Virus record (IMG/VR): IMGVR_UViG_2671181122_000005
Location: 1-25,637 of that record
Strand: one strand, 5' to 3'
Origin: a virus
Lineage: Duplodnaviria > Heunggongvirae > Uroviricota > Caudoviricetes
DNA length: 25,637 nucleotides
Shown here: positions 1 to 8,410 of the stretch, piece after piece
Numbering within the stretch: the stretch's first letter is position 1
Layout: each line of letters starts with the position of its first letter
Notes under the pieces: generated by a model
Seen by the model: only the letters and a program-made list of their open reading frames with translations
Databases searched by the model: none
Told to the model about the DNA's origin: nothing
Made by a program: the position numbers and the translations under genes

Positions 1-27
1 TGGCTCAAAGCTGAAAGCTTTCCGGAA

Positions 28-51
28 CCCCCAGCCTAGCTGGGGGTTTTC
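28..51 (+). terminator. Intrinsic terminator hairpin (cccccag / ctggggg) followed by a T-run
   Basis: GC stem with a 5-nt loop followed by tttt on the plus strand. It is convergent with the next terminator, which marks a gene boundary. Confidence 0.5.
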
Positions 52-55
52 TGTG

Positions 56-84
56 CACAAAAAAACCCGCTCATCGGCGGGTTT
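56..84 (-). terminator. Intrinsic terminator downstream of the ORF6N-type gene
   Basis: Stem cccgc/gcggg with an A-run on the plus strand, giving a long T-run after the stem on the minus strand. Confidence 0.55.
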
Positions 85-159
85 AAGCTGTGCGGCGTAG
101 TAACCACTCTTAACAGTATATTCAACTTTTTACGATCGTAAAGCGTTCGGGGGAAATTT

Positions 160-720
160 TTAAAGCCGCATCAACCGCTCCACCAGTTGCTCTTTACGGG
201 CAACGATCCACCCGTGTTGCTCCAGATAAAATTTAAACCGTTCCAGAGTGCATACCATCGCATCGGCGGGCACCTTTTCCGTGAACTCAACCTGACCATG
301 TTTATCGAAGTGGATCAGTAATGCGCATCCATCATTTTCGATAGATGTGTTTTGTGCCGCTGGTGGTTGTTTTTGGTTGAAATAACAGTCTTCCAGTTTT
401 TCGAATACTTCCCACGCCTGATCGGTTTCGAGCATTTTGGCGTGACGGGCTGCTCCGCGTTCTGTCCAGAGTATGAGCTTTCGGACATTTGGGGCGATCG
501 TTTGAAAATCCCTTAAAGAGATTTTCAAATTTTGGAGGTCTGCGCCTTTCGCAATTATGTAGTGCTTCCCTTCTGCAAATCGCTCTTTATTACGGTGGTG
601 ATTTCTATGAATACACTCGACGCTACAGCCATATAGTTTGGCCAGTAACTCTGTAGTGACAACTGGGAGCTGGTTGTGTGTGATCGGGGAAAGAGTTTCG
701 ACAGAAACTTGAGTCGTCAT
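160..720 (-). CDS. ORF6N/antirepressor-like domain protein (186 aa), first gene downstream of pR'/tR'
   Basis: Six-frame ORF. The N-terminal segment (QLPVVTTELLAKLYGCSVECIHRNHHRNKERFAEGKHYIIAKGADLQ) resembles the ORF6N / Bro-N-type phage antirepressor fold. Family assignment is from memory. Confidence 0.55.
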   Translation of the reverse strand: MTTQVSVETLSPITHNQLPVVTTELLAKLYGCSVECIHRNHHRNKERFAEGKHYIIAKGADLQNLKISLRDFQTIAPNVRKLILWTERGAARHAKMLETDQAWEVFEKLEDCYFNQKQPPAAQNTSIENDGCALLIHFDKHGQVEFTEKVPADAMVCTLERFKFYLEQHGWIVARKEQLVERLMRL

Positions 721-882
721 GATAACGCCCTCTGGTTGATGGATTTAACTATCACCACCGTCAGGTTCCAATCATTGGGTGGTGAGACGTACAGGGTTGG
801 AACTACCGGATCAACCAACCGGCGAGCCTTTCAGCTCCCCCATACGCCCCACCATTATTCAGATGTGCGTGTGCTTACGACA

Positions 883-906
883 ATAAAAAACACGCTCGCG
901 GCGTGT
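883..906 (-). terminator. tR'-like intrinsic terminator downstream of the late promoter
   Basis: On the minus strand, hairpin cacgccgcgagcgtg followed by ttttttatt, about 60-80 nt downstream of the candidate pR'. Confidence 0.5.
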
Positions 907-964
907 GTCTGTCGCGGTTGAATATCCGGGGTTCCAATCCCGACGCCAGATTTTGCTGACGCGC

Positions 965-1000
965 GAGGAATATAGCCCCGGACAATGTATATGGTCAAGC
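965..1000 (-). promoter_or_regulatory. pR'-like late promoter immediately downstream of Q (TTGACC -35, about 18-bp spacer, TATATT -10 on the minus strand)
   Basis: Minus-strand sequence cTTGACCatatacattgtccggggcTATATTcc starts 3 nt after the Q stop. This is the position of pR'/qut in lambdoid phages. Confidence 0.5.
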
Positions 1001-1002
1001 AC

Positions 1003-1398
1003 CTACATAATTCGTTCTACATATCTGTCCATCTCCAGCCGGATATCAAGCATCATCAACATGCCATCGATAACCCCTTCCGCCTTCTGCAGGCGCTTAC
1101 CAACACAGGTATCCGAACATCCAAGTTTCCGTGCCAGACTCATAAAAGTCATTCCATATACGTAATAATCCACCAGCAAATCGTGCAAATCCTGATTTTT
1201 CTTGTTTAACCGGGCCATACAGCCACAAATTATCATTGCATCATCATCAGAACACTGAGGACGTGATTTCACTTTCGACGGAATTAACCCTTTAAAACCA
1301 GCAGCGATCGACGCCCAGGATACATCTTCATGAGTGTTTGCAACCCAAGCCCCCCACCGTTCCATAACCTGCTGAATATCACGCGCCATCGTTATCAC
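1003..1398 (-). CDS. quuD: Late antiterminator Q (QuuD/phage 82-type)
   Basis: The translation ([46 protein letters not shown]...) is very close to DLP12 QuuD as I recall it. The true start is probably the Met at 1389; the ORF overlaps the rusA stop. Confidence 0.85.
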   Translation of the reverse strand: MITMARDIQQVMERWGAWVANTHEDVSWASIAAGFKGLIPSKVKSRPQCSDDDAMIICGCMARLNKKNQDLHDLLVDYYVYGMTFMSLARKLGCSDTCVGKRLQKAEGVIDGMLMMLDIRLEMDRYVERIM

Positions 1399-1750
1399 CT
1401 GTGATTTCGTAAATCTTCACGCCCAGTCGCCCACCAGGAACGAGCTGACCGCGCACAATATTGATTTCATCAAACTGCTCGTCGTCTATGAGAAGTTCGG
1501 CATGCGTCAGCGCATCCAGTGGTGCTTTCAGGATATTGTCCAGGTCACGACGGCGCTTATCCGGTGGCTCTGCAATCACCTTTATCGCCAGCCTTCCGGA
1601 CAGGCTTAATTTCAGCCGCTGCTGGCGAACAATAAGCGCCACAGCCCGGCGATAACGCTTTCCCTCCTCCGAGATAAAATATGTGCTGCCACGGCGTCGC
1701 CAGTAAGTGTTCACCGTCGGCGGGTAAGGTAAAACCAAATCTATGAGCAT
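1379..1750 (-). CDS. rusA: Holliday junction resolvase RusA
   Basis: The 123-aa translation carries the RusA hallmark [19 protein letters not shown] and ends in a GGRL-type C-terminus. It lies between a DUF968 gene and Q, as in DLP12. Confidence 0.9.
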   Translation of the reverse strand: MLIDLVLPYPPTVNTYWRRRGSTYFISEEGKRYRRAVALIVRQQRLKLSLSGRLAIKVIAEPPDKRRRDLDNILKAPLDALTHAELLIDDEQFDEINIVRGQLVPGGRLGVKIYEITGDNDGA

Positions 1751-1762
1751 CAGTCACCTCTT

Positions 1763-2812
1763 TTACCCAAGCACGCCAGTTGCAAAGGCGTGATCAAGAA
1801 AACGAAAAATTAAATCAACCTGAGAGCCATGCTTTTCTTCGAACGCCAGCGGATCCGCATGAAGCTCGTTGTGATGCTCCCGACACAGCGGTAGCGTGAA
1901 AATATCGTGAGATTTTGTCCCCATTCCGCCCTGACCATGACCAATCAGGTGATGGGGATCGTCGGCTGGCTTACCACAACACGCACACGGCTGAGTCTTC
2001 ACCCAGCGTGTGTATTTCTCGTTAACCCAGCGGCGACGTTTAGGTCGTTTCATGAAAGATTCCGGAGACTCAGGATCAACGGCAATGCTGACCACCGTCT
2101 TTTCCTGTGGTGGGTTCTGTTGCTGGTGGACGTCAGGCAGTAACGCAATATTTTTTGTGCGCTGCTTCAGTATGCTGGTGGCGGTCTGCTCTCCCGGCAC
2201 GATGTCGCTTTCACGGTACATTGAGCGGATTTTTTCCGCACGCACCCCCAGCGAACGACGTAATACCGCTTCCGGTAGCGCGTCCGCCACCTGATTGCGG
2301 ACCGCCCACCAGGATAATTCAGCCAAAGATAATTCACGCTCCTGCGTACCGCTTATTGCGTGACCGATGACGTCAATCATCCATGCTGACAGGTTTTGAT
2401 GAGCAAGTTGCTCGAGTGATTCGGATGTCTGGTCACGCAGCTGGTTGTCGCAGTGCCAGCACAACACCATTGCGCCGGTACCATAACGGTGAATGACAGT
2501 TTCGCTGTGATGATAATCGCCGTGTGGCCACTGGCAGGATTTAATATGGCGCAACAGCCAGTCAGACAATGCACCTGCACCACCAGCAGCACGAATCACC
2601 CGTGCGTTACTGAAAAACGGCAGCAATGTTTTGTCTTCCTCCAGCGGCTGGCGAACGGCAGGAACGACCCCGGACGGCAGATTACGCATGCTTTTCGGTT
2701 CCGGCTCCATCAATACCCGGGTATTGTGGAATACTGGCATGGATTCACGGCCCGGCTTAACGATCACCAGCCCGAGTTCCGGTACCAGAACAGGTCGAAG
2801 TAATACCCGCAC
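1763..2812 (-). CDS. ydfU: YdfU-like DUF968 protein (349 aa)
   Basis: Same length as K-12 YdfU. The C-terminus has the Cys/His-rich motif CACCGKPADDPHHLIGHGQGGMGTKSHDIFTLPLCREHHNELH. Confidence 0.75.
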   Translation of the reverse strand: MRVLLRPVLVPELGLVIVKPGRESMPVFHNTRVLMEPEPKSMRNLPSGVVPAVRQPLEEDKTLLPFFSNARVIRAAGGAGALSDWLLRHIKSCQWPHGDYHHSETVIHRYGTGAMVLCWHCDNQLRDQTSESLEQLAHQNLSAWMIDVIGHAISGTQERELSLAELSWWAVRNQVADALPEAVLRRSLGVRAEKIRSMYRESDIVPGEQTATSILKQRTKNIALLPDVHQQQNPPQEKTVVSIAVDPESPESFMKRPKRRRWVNEKYTRWVKTQPCACCGKPADDPHHLIGHGQGGMGTKSHDIFTLPLCREHHNELHADPLAFEEKHGSQVDLIFRFLDHAFATGVLG

Positions 2813-2813
2813 G

Positions 2814-3092
2814 TTACCTCCAGATGCGTTGCTGGAATGTGCGAGACGGACGCGGTGGGCGTTCAGAGTAAGGAAGCCTGACGGAGATTATCCAGTGACG
2901 GTAGTCGAGACTAAGGGCTTTCTTAACCTCGTATCCGCGCCTGCGGTAACACTGAATTATCCATTCAGCCTGCTCTTCAGTACATGGAGGGTGTTGGAAC
3001 CATTCAGACTTGAATGCGTGAGAATACCGCTCGTGCGTGCAGGCAAGAACGGGCGAATTATCAGAATTGTAATATTTTACGTTGCGTGCCAT
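2814..3092 (-). CDS. Small nin-region protein (92 aa), DUF1364/YbcO-like
   Basis: ORF packed tightly against ydfU, with its stop adjacent to the ydfU start. Family assignment is tentative and from memory. Confidence 0.5.
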   Translation of the reverse strand: MARNVKYYNSDNSPVLACTHERYSHAFKSEWFQHPPCTEEQAEWIIQCYRRRGYEVKKALSLDYRHWIISVRLPYSERPPRPSRTFQQRIWR

Positions 3093-3158
3093 CGGTTTTC
3101 TCCGGTGGCACGGTGTTACTCAGCGGGAGTTCAGCCCCGCGCAAGATTGTAGATGAGT

Positions 3159-3410
3159 TTATTCTTCTGCAAAAGCTGAAAAGCCTGCTTTTATTCCGAT
3201 CTCTTTCAGTGCCTGTAATGAAGTGACAAACTCACCTTCGCGCAAGATAAATCCGTCTGTCACTCGACCATCCACAAAATTAATTAACGCAGCCCCATTC
3301 TTTCGCAAACACATAATGCGGTAATGACTAACAAGATTTCCATTTTCAACGCACACAGCATAGAGGCCATCTTCACAAAAAATTTTACGCAGTTCTTCGA
3401 TGTTCATCAT
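3159..3410 (-). CDS. rem: Rem-like small protein (83 aa)
   Basis: 83-aa ORF immediately downstream (in minus-strand sense) of hokD, the position and size of Qin rem. No sequence-level confirmation was possible. Confidence 0.45.
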   Translation of the reverse strand: MMNIEELRKIFCEDGLYAVCVENGNLVSHYRIMCLRKNGAALINFVDGRVTDGFILREGEFVTSLQALKEIGIKAGFSAFAEE

Positions 3411-3523
3411 CAGAATCCTTCCGGATAATTAGCTCTCCCCTTTAAGGGACCATCCCTCTTATCCCTGCGCGCTACTTAAGTATTTTTGATTCTATTCCGG
3501 CGCCGTCCAGAACTTCAAACGCG

Positions 3524-3558
3524 TTGAAAATAAAAACAAAAACCCGCCGAAGCGGGTT
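3524..3558 (-). terminator. Intrinsic terminator at the 3' end of the hok transcript
   Basis: Stem cccgc/gcggg with a cgaa loop and a long A-run on the plus strand, giving a T-run after the stem on the minus strand, about 70 nt below the hok stop. Confidence 0.55.
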
Positions 3559-3626
3559 AAGTGCGGGTGCGTTGAGGATGCCTGCCACATCAGAGGTGGC
3601 GAGGGATTTCTCCCTCGCCGGGTCTC

Positions 3627-3782
3627 TTACTCCTCAGGTTCGTAAGCTGTGAAGACAGCGACCTCCGTCTGGCCGGTTCGGATTCGTACCTCGCAGAGGT
3701 CTTTCCTCGTTACCAGTGTCGTCACTATGACGGTTAAACAGATGACGATCAGGGCGATTAACATCGCCTTTTGCTGCTTCAT
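3627..3782 (-). CDS. hokD: Hok/Gef family type I toxin, HokD (RelF)-like, 51 aa
   Basis: The internal Met of the 70-aa ORF gives MKQQKAMLIALIVICLTVIVTTLVTRKDLCEVRIRTGQTEVAVFTAYEPEE, which differs from K-12 HokD at about one residue. Confidence 0.9.
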   Translation of the reverse strand: MKQQKAMLIALIVICLTVIVTTLVTRKDLCEVRIRTGQTEVAVFTAYEPEE

Positions 3783-4095
3783 AGCCTGCTTCTCCTTGCC
3801 TTCCGGCACGTAAGAGGCTAACCTACATGTGTCTAGCATGAAATTGGCCTCAGATTAATGTTAAGCGTCTTGCAGGACGCGTAATGTTAACTGGGGCTTT
3901 TCTCTATCTGCCTTTGGTGTTCATGCCTGAGACAGATAGCCTCAAGCACCCGCAGCCATTCTACTTAACTCCCGTTACCCCGCCAATATGAAATCAGTCA
4001 GAAAGGCGATCCATAAGAATAATGAATTCTGTAAGGCAATAGTCTCACTGTCTAACATATCTTACCTGATTACTTTACAATATAATAATTCATAG

Positions 4096-4740
4096 TTAAA
4101 TCAAATGAATGTCATCATCCAATAATTCATTAGTAGTAATACTACCTTTTTTGAAAAAATTTTCATTTGTCTCAGCAATTTTTGCATCATTAACAAATTC
4201 ATCACACATCCCAAAATAATGAAAAAATCTATTTAGTTTACATATTCCAATGGTATAGTGCCCTTTAGGTGTTTTGTCCACATAAACACGATTTGCTTTT
4301 ATAATATGCATCTCATAATCATCTATATGTGGATGAACGATGCGAAATGATGCAGATGCAGTTGGATAGTTTTTGCGCCGCCCCCCATTTATTACGGGTT
4401 CAAATAACACTTCATTTTTACCTTTGAATTCATTGCAGTCAGGACATACTACACATAGATTCTTAGGTTCAAAAATAAAACATAGATATTGAGATTTTGG
4501 CACAATATGCTCTATAGGAGCAGCTTGTGCAGCTCTTACCCCAATAGGCTCATGACAATATACACATTCTAGCTTTTGTTCTTCTCTGTAATGATTTCTA
4601 ATTTCTGCACGGAGAACTTGCAAATCATCATCTCCCCAGTTGGTATGCTTAAAATCTGGAGAAGACAATTTTTTCTCAATAATATCTAATGACTCTGCGC
4701 TGAATCTAATTGGATTTTTAATTTTTGGCATAAATTTCAC
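4096..4740 (-). CDS. HNH endonuclease (214 aa), PtuB-like partner of the upstream ATPase
   Basis: HNH/zinc-finger core: CVYCHEP (aa 59-65), EHIVPKS (aa 77-83), CVVCPDCN (aa 96-103). The start overlaps the ATPase gene by 23 nt. AT-rich codon usage. Confidence 0.75.
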   Translation of the reverse strand: MKFMPKIKNPIRFSAESLDIIEKKLSSPDFKHTNWGDDDLQVLRAEIRNHYREEQKLECVYCHEPIGVRAAQAAPIEHIVPKSQYLCFIFEPKNLCVVCPDCNEFKGKNEVLFEPVINGGRRKNYPTASASFRIVHPHIDDYEMHIIKANRVYVDKTPKGHYTIGICKLNRFFHYFGMCDEFVNDAKIAETNENFFKKGSITTNELLDDDIHLI

Positions 4741-6091
4741 ACACCTGAGATACGGAATTTACGAGTTCATTAATAGGGTCATTACTATTAACGTTTTCAA
4801 GGAGAAGTTGGAGTTGTTTTAATTCACGCCAATTATCATCTGTTACTAACTTAGCAGTCTTAACTTTTGAAAGTAAATTGAAAGCTAACCTGGCAATGTA
4901 TTCATTCATAATGCCAGGGGCATCAAATAGTTCCGCAAGTTGATAGTCTGCAGACCGGTTGCTAAAGTATTTTGCTTTATAAAGATAACTTTTCGACAAA
5001 GATGTTATATAACAACCTTTATTCGGCAAATTGGATATTATTTGTGGTGAATGAGTTGCAATTATGAATTGACAACCTGAGTAAGTTAAAAATGCTTTTG
5101 TTAACATAATGATAAACTCTTCCTGCCATCGAGGATGCAAGCTTATTTCCGGTTCATCAATTAATATTATAGAACCATCAGTTATATGCCCTGCAATTCC
5201 AAGCAACATCACTAATAAACATTGTTCTCCCGAGCTCGCACGTTTAAGTGACATGGGACCATAGCTTTTTTTTATGAGTCGCATATCCATCAATCTCATG
5301 AAGCCAGCGTTCATAAGTTTAAGAATTGATCTAGAAAAATAATTATTCGCATAAGTCGAGCCAACCAATGTTTCACCATTGGTAAAATCGACTGACAAGG
5401 TTACAGCCCTACGTTCAGGTTCAAATCGATTAATTTCAACCAGTGCTTCGTAAATATCATGACGTGATTCGGAGTTTAACTTTAAGAGACTCTCAATATT
5501 CTTCCTGTCAATTTTTATATTGTATTTTAAATATAACTCCTTAACTTCCGTTAATATCTCATCTGAATATACACCAATGAAGTTATAGTCAGGAGTGTCC
5601 GGTCCGTTGTAAGTTGGTTTAAATACAAACTCTATATGGGGCTCAAAATCAATAGAATGAAAAACATCGAGTAAATTTGCAGGATTTTCTGAATAAGCAA
5701 GTTTCTCTAGCCAACCTCTCGCTGCTGAAGATAAAAGGGATACGGCATTTGATACGCCGAAGGGGCCTTCTCCACGCATACCCACATAGCGATAATTATT
5801 TTCTTTCCTTTGGTGATTTAATGACCTACGCCCTGGAGGGAATTTATCGAATGGGCTGGTAGATACGGCAATTAACTTTGGTGTTATTTCTCTGTCAAAT
5901 AATGGATTAAAAGTTTTCAAGAAATGAACATCTTGAATACAGTCTTTAGCAATCTGAGATAACAATCTGCTTTTTCCAACGCCATTTTTACCTACAATTA
6001 CTGTAAAAATATTCGCATTATCAGAAACATCACCTTCTATAGCAAGTTTTAAGGTTCGACTATCATGATGGGTATAATATAGTCTTTTCAT
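4718..6091 (-). CDS. ABC/AAA_21-type ATPase (457 aa), PtuA-like
   Basis: Walker A GKNGVGKS (aa 34-41), signature-like SSGEQ (aa 286-290), Walker B IILIDEPE (aa 308-315), H-loop ATHS (aa 345-348), with a long insert between Walker A and the signature, as in SMC/RecF-like defence ATPases. Confidence 0.75.
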   Translation of the reverse strand: MKRLYYTHHDSRTLKLAIEGDVSDNANIFTVIVGKNGVGKSRLLSQIAKDCIQDVHFLKTFNPLFDREITPKLIAVSTSPFDKFPPGRRSLNHQRKENNYRYVGMRGEGPFGVSNAVSLLSSAARGWLEKLAYSENPANLLDVFHSIDFEPHIEFVFKPTYNGPDTPDYNFIGVYSDEILTEVKELYLKYNIKIDRKNIESLLKLNSESRHDIYEALVEINRFEPERRAVTLSVDFTNGETLVGSTYANNYFSRSILKLMNAGFMRLMDMRLIKKSYGPMSLKRASSGEQCLLVMLLGIAGHITDGSIILIDEPEISLHPRWQEEFIIMLTKAFLTYSGCQFIIATHSPQIISNLPNKGCYITSLSKSYLYKAKYFSNRSADYQLAELFDAPGIMNEYIARLAFNLLSKVKTAKLVTDDNWRELKQLQLLLENVNSNDPINELVNSVSQVCEIYAKN

Positions 6092-6503
6092 TTTATTTTT
6101 CTCTCATTAAAATGCTCTTAATTAAGAATACCTATGCCTTTAACAGGCTCATAGTTATGATTTGTGATGCTTTCAAAAGGGTATGTAACTAAGTATTGAA
6201 CTCTACACCTAAGATTCTAAGATTTTTAAATTAAAGTAGTTAAACATGCTTTTGATTGTACTCATTCTATGTCCATCGTTGCTGCATGTCTAGATATCGT
6301 GCCCCGCTATTGTTATGTAATGATATGATGGACGCCCTGTCTGAAGCAGCCAGTGAAATATTTTTACTGTCTGCGTTTTCTACAGGAGTAAATCACATGA
6401 GCACAATCAGAGTTGTTGGTATTGATATTGACCTGTGCCCAATTTTTTGAGACATATATTGGTACGCTCTTGGCACAGGGCTGCTGCTGCAGCCCTGACA
6501 GCT

Positions 6504-7072
6504 TTAGACTTCGATCGATTCAGAGATCTCTAATGCATCATCAACTTCTATACCCAGATAACGAACTGTGCTTTCCGTTTTCTTATGGCCCAACGGAAGT
6601 TGGATCACCCGGAGATTCTTAGTTTTCTTGCAGACAAGGCAAGGTTTTGTTCTTCTCATGGAATGTGTGCTGTAAAGCGAATCTTCGAGACCAAGCTTTT
6701 CTCCCCCCTATGAAAGATTCGGTTATATTGCAGGATTGATATGTGTTGGTTAGTACCGACCCGAGATCGGAACAAGTAGTCTTTACTGCGTAAATTGCCA
6801 AGCTTTATCAATGCAGAAACAGCTTCTCTTGTCCCTTTGGTTATCTCAAATTGGATAGGACTGCCAGTTTTTCAGTTGCAGCACCGTAGCTCTGCTTGAA
6901 ACCGAGCTAAATCACGCGTTTTACCTTCCAGTTCAAGCCGGATTTGGAGCCCCCAGATATGAGATATCTGAAGTGGTCTTTTTGGGCCTATGATACTGTC
7001 TTTGTTCCTCGGTGACGTATTCATACTCAAATCTCCTGCAATGTGGAAGATTTGAGTATGGTTGTCTCTCAA
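6504..7072 (-). pseudogene. Frameshifted small tyrosine recombinase (FimB/FimE-size) remnant
   Basis: Minus-strand frame ending at 6504 encodes ...LYSTHSMRRTKPCLVCKKTKNLRVIQLPLGHKKTESTVRYLGIEVDDALEISESIEV*, with the HxxR...LGH...Y catalytic C-terminal pattern. Upstream pieces sit in two other frames (ORFs 6619..6801 and 6872..7072), with one shift at a C6/G6 homopolymer (6703-6708). Confidence 0.45.
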
Positions 7073-7125
7073 GAGCGAAATAGGTCAACTATAACTAGTT
7101 GTTGTGCATGTACGAATTCTGCCAA

Positions 7126-7971
7126 TTAATTATTGACAATAAAAATTCTGGAATGTTCGAAATCATCATATCGAATTATAATCTGGTTGACTGCATCTAT
7201 TGTTGGCGCCATTTCAGTTATAATATCTCGATAACCTAAAGAGTTAAATACATTTACTAAGGCCTCACACCGCAGGCCAATAGCAATTACGACATTATAA
7301 ATTGCCAGCCGTTTATTTTCTTGTTTAACTGCAAGAGTGAGTTCGATAGCAGTAGTTTTATCGCTTTGGATTGCATTATATAGAGATACTATATTTGCCA
7401 TATCATCAGAGAATGTATGTATTGAATCACAAAGAGGGACGTAATAGGCATGATAGTGTGTTTCCCAGCCAATTACTTCGAAAAGCTTTTTGGTTCCAGG
7501 ATATTCAGGTGTATTTGGCCACAATCTATTAAACATATCAGTTAGCTCTTTTCCGATACGAATCCTTTCATCTGCTGCTGGATTAGTCATTTCTTTGGAT
7601 TTTAAACACTCCAGCCACCGTTTCCCATTACTATGAACTAATTTCTTACTACCCTTGAGTAATGCTTGTGCATTTTTTCCATCATCAATTGCTATATAAA
7701 ATTGATTGGCAGCCTGTTCCATTATAACTCTAGTTAATACTTCCGATGCTGAAAAGGCTCCGGTACTCAAAGAAAATATAGCCTGATTACTAAGTTCATT
7801 CAGTACATTAAAGTAATGTAAAACCATCAATTTTTGTTCCACCCCCTTTAGGTTATCTATTTTATTTTTATGCCTCTCAAATTTCGCATGGATATATTTA
7901 TTTATCGCGGCTATTTTTTTTACATCTTCGTCGAAATCAAACGGGCAACGTCCAAACGATTTTTTCCTCAT
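7126..7971 (-). CDS. Hypothetical protein (281 aa), unassigned; candidate accessory/defence gene
   Basis: Long AT-rich ORF in the accessory block. No family recognised. The C-terminus has an Rx5H-type motif (RYDDFEH) that could be HEPN-like. Confidence 0.6.
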   Translation of the reverse strand: MRKKSFGRCPFDFDEDVKKIAAINKYIHAKFERHKNKIDNLKGVEQKLMVLHYFNVLNELSNQAIFSLSTGAFSASEVLTRVIMEQAANQFYIAIDDGKNAQALLKGSKKLVHSNGKRWLECLKSKEMTNPAADERIRIGKELTDMFNRLWPNTPEYPGTKKLFEVIGWETHYHAYYVPLCDSIHTFSDDMANIVSLYNAIQSDKTTAIELTLAVKQENKRLAIYNVVIAIGLRCEALVNVFNSLGYRDIITEMAPTIDAVNQIIIRYDDFEHSRIFIVNN

Positions 7972-8410
7972 ATATTCCTCCTGTTTTACAATCTCCCATA
8001 AGTTGGAAAATTATACACTGGAGATTACCTATAAATAACTGCGCACGATAGCTAGTCAGTGCAAGAAGTACAAACAAGTGAACGGTGCGTATCAGATACC
8101 TAGCTTAAAGTTCGCGATAGCCGTACTCTGTGTATTAGCTCAGACATTACCTGACAGGTTGAGTAGATAGAATCGAATCAAAGCTGACAGTCTGGTTTGG
8201 ACTGTGGGGTCAACCGATGGATGCAACACACAGCGATCTACAGACATTACTAACATAGCGGTGTATTAATCATCGGGGAGCAGATCAGACTAACATTAAG
8301 CATTAGTAGTAATTTGCAGAGCATCCGTTTCTTACACAAAGCAAACCCCCACGCTAGCCCAACCCTGTGCCACACAATGTCAATTCACATCTGAACTAAT
8401 GCTCTTTAAT

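Noticed and set aside
721-1002. Possible tRNA genes between Q and the next gene (GGTTCCAATC motifs at about 760 and 935)
   Set aside because: The T-loop-like motifs are not embedded in a foldable cloverleaf (no matching acceptor or anticodon stems). The region is better explained by pR', tR' and leader hairpins.
1907-3152. Plus-strand ORFs (78-173 aa) overlapping ydfU and the YbcO-like gene
   Set aside because: They are antisense to compact, tightly spaced minus-strand genes with recognisable products.
3627-3839. 70-aa ORF containing hok
   Set aside because: Only the 51-aa C-terminal part matches Hok. The N-terminal extension is most likely untranslated leader or mok region, so the CDS is called from 3782.
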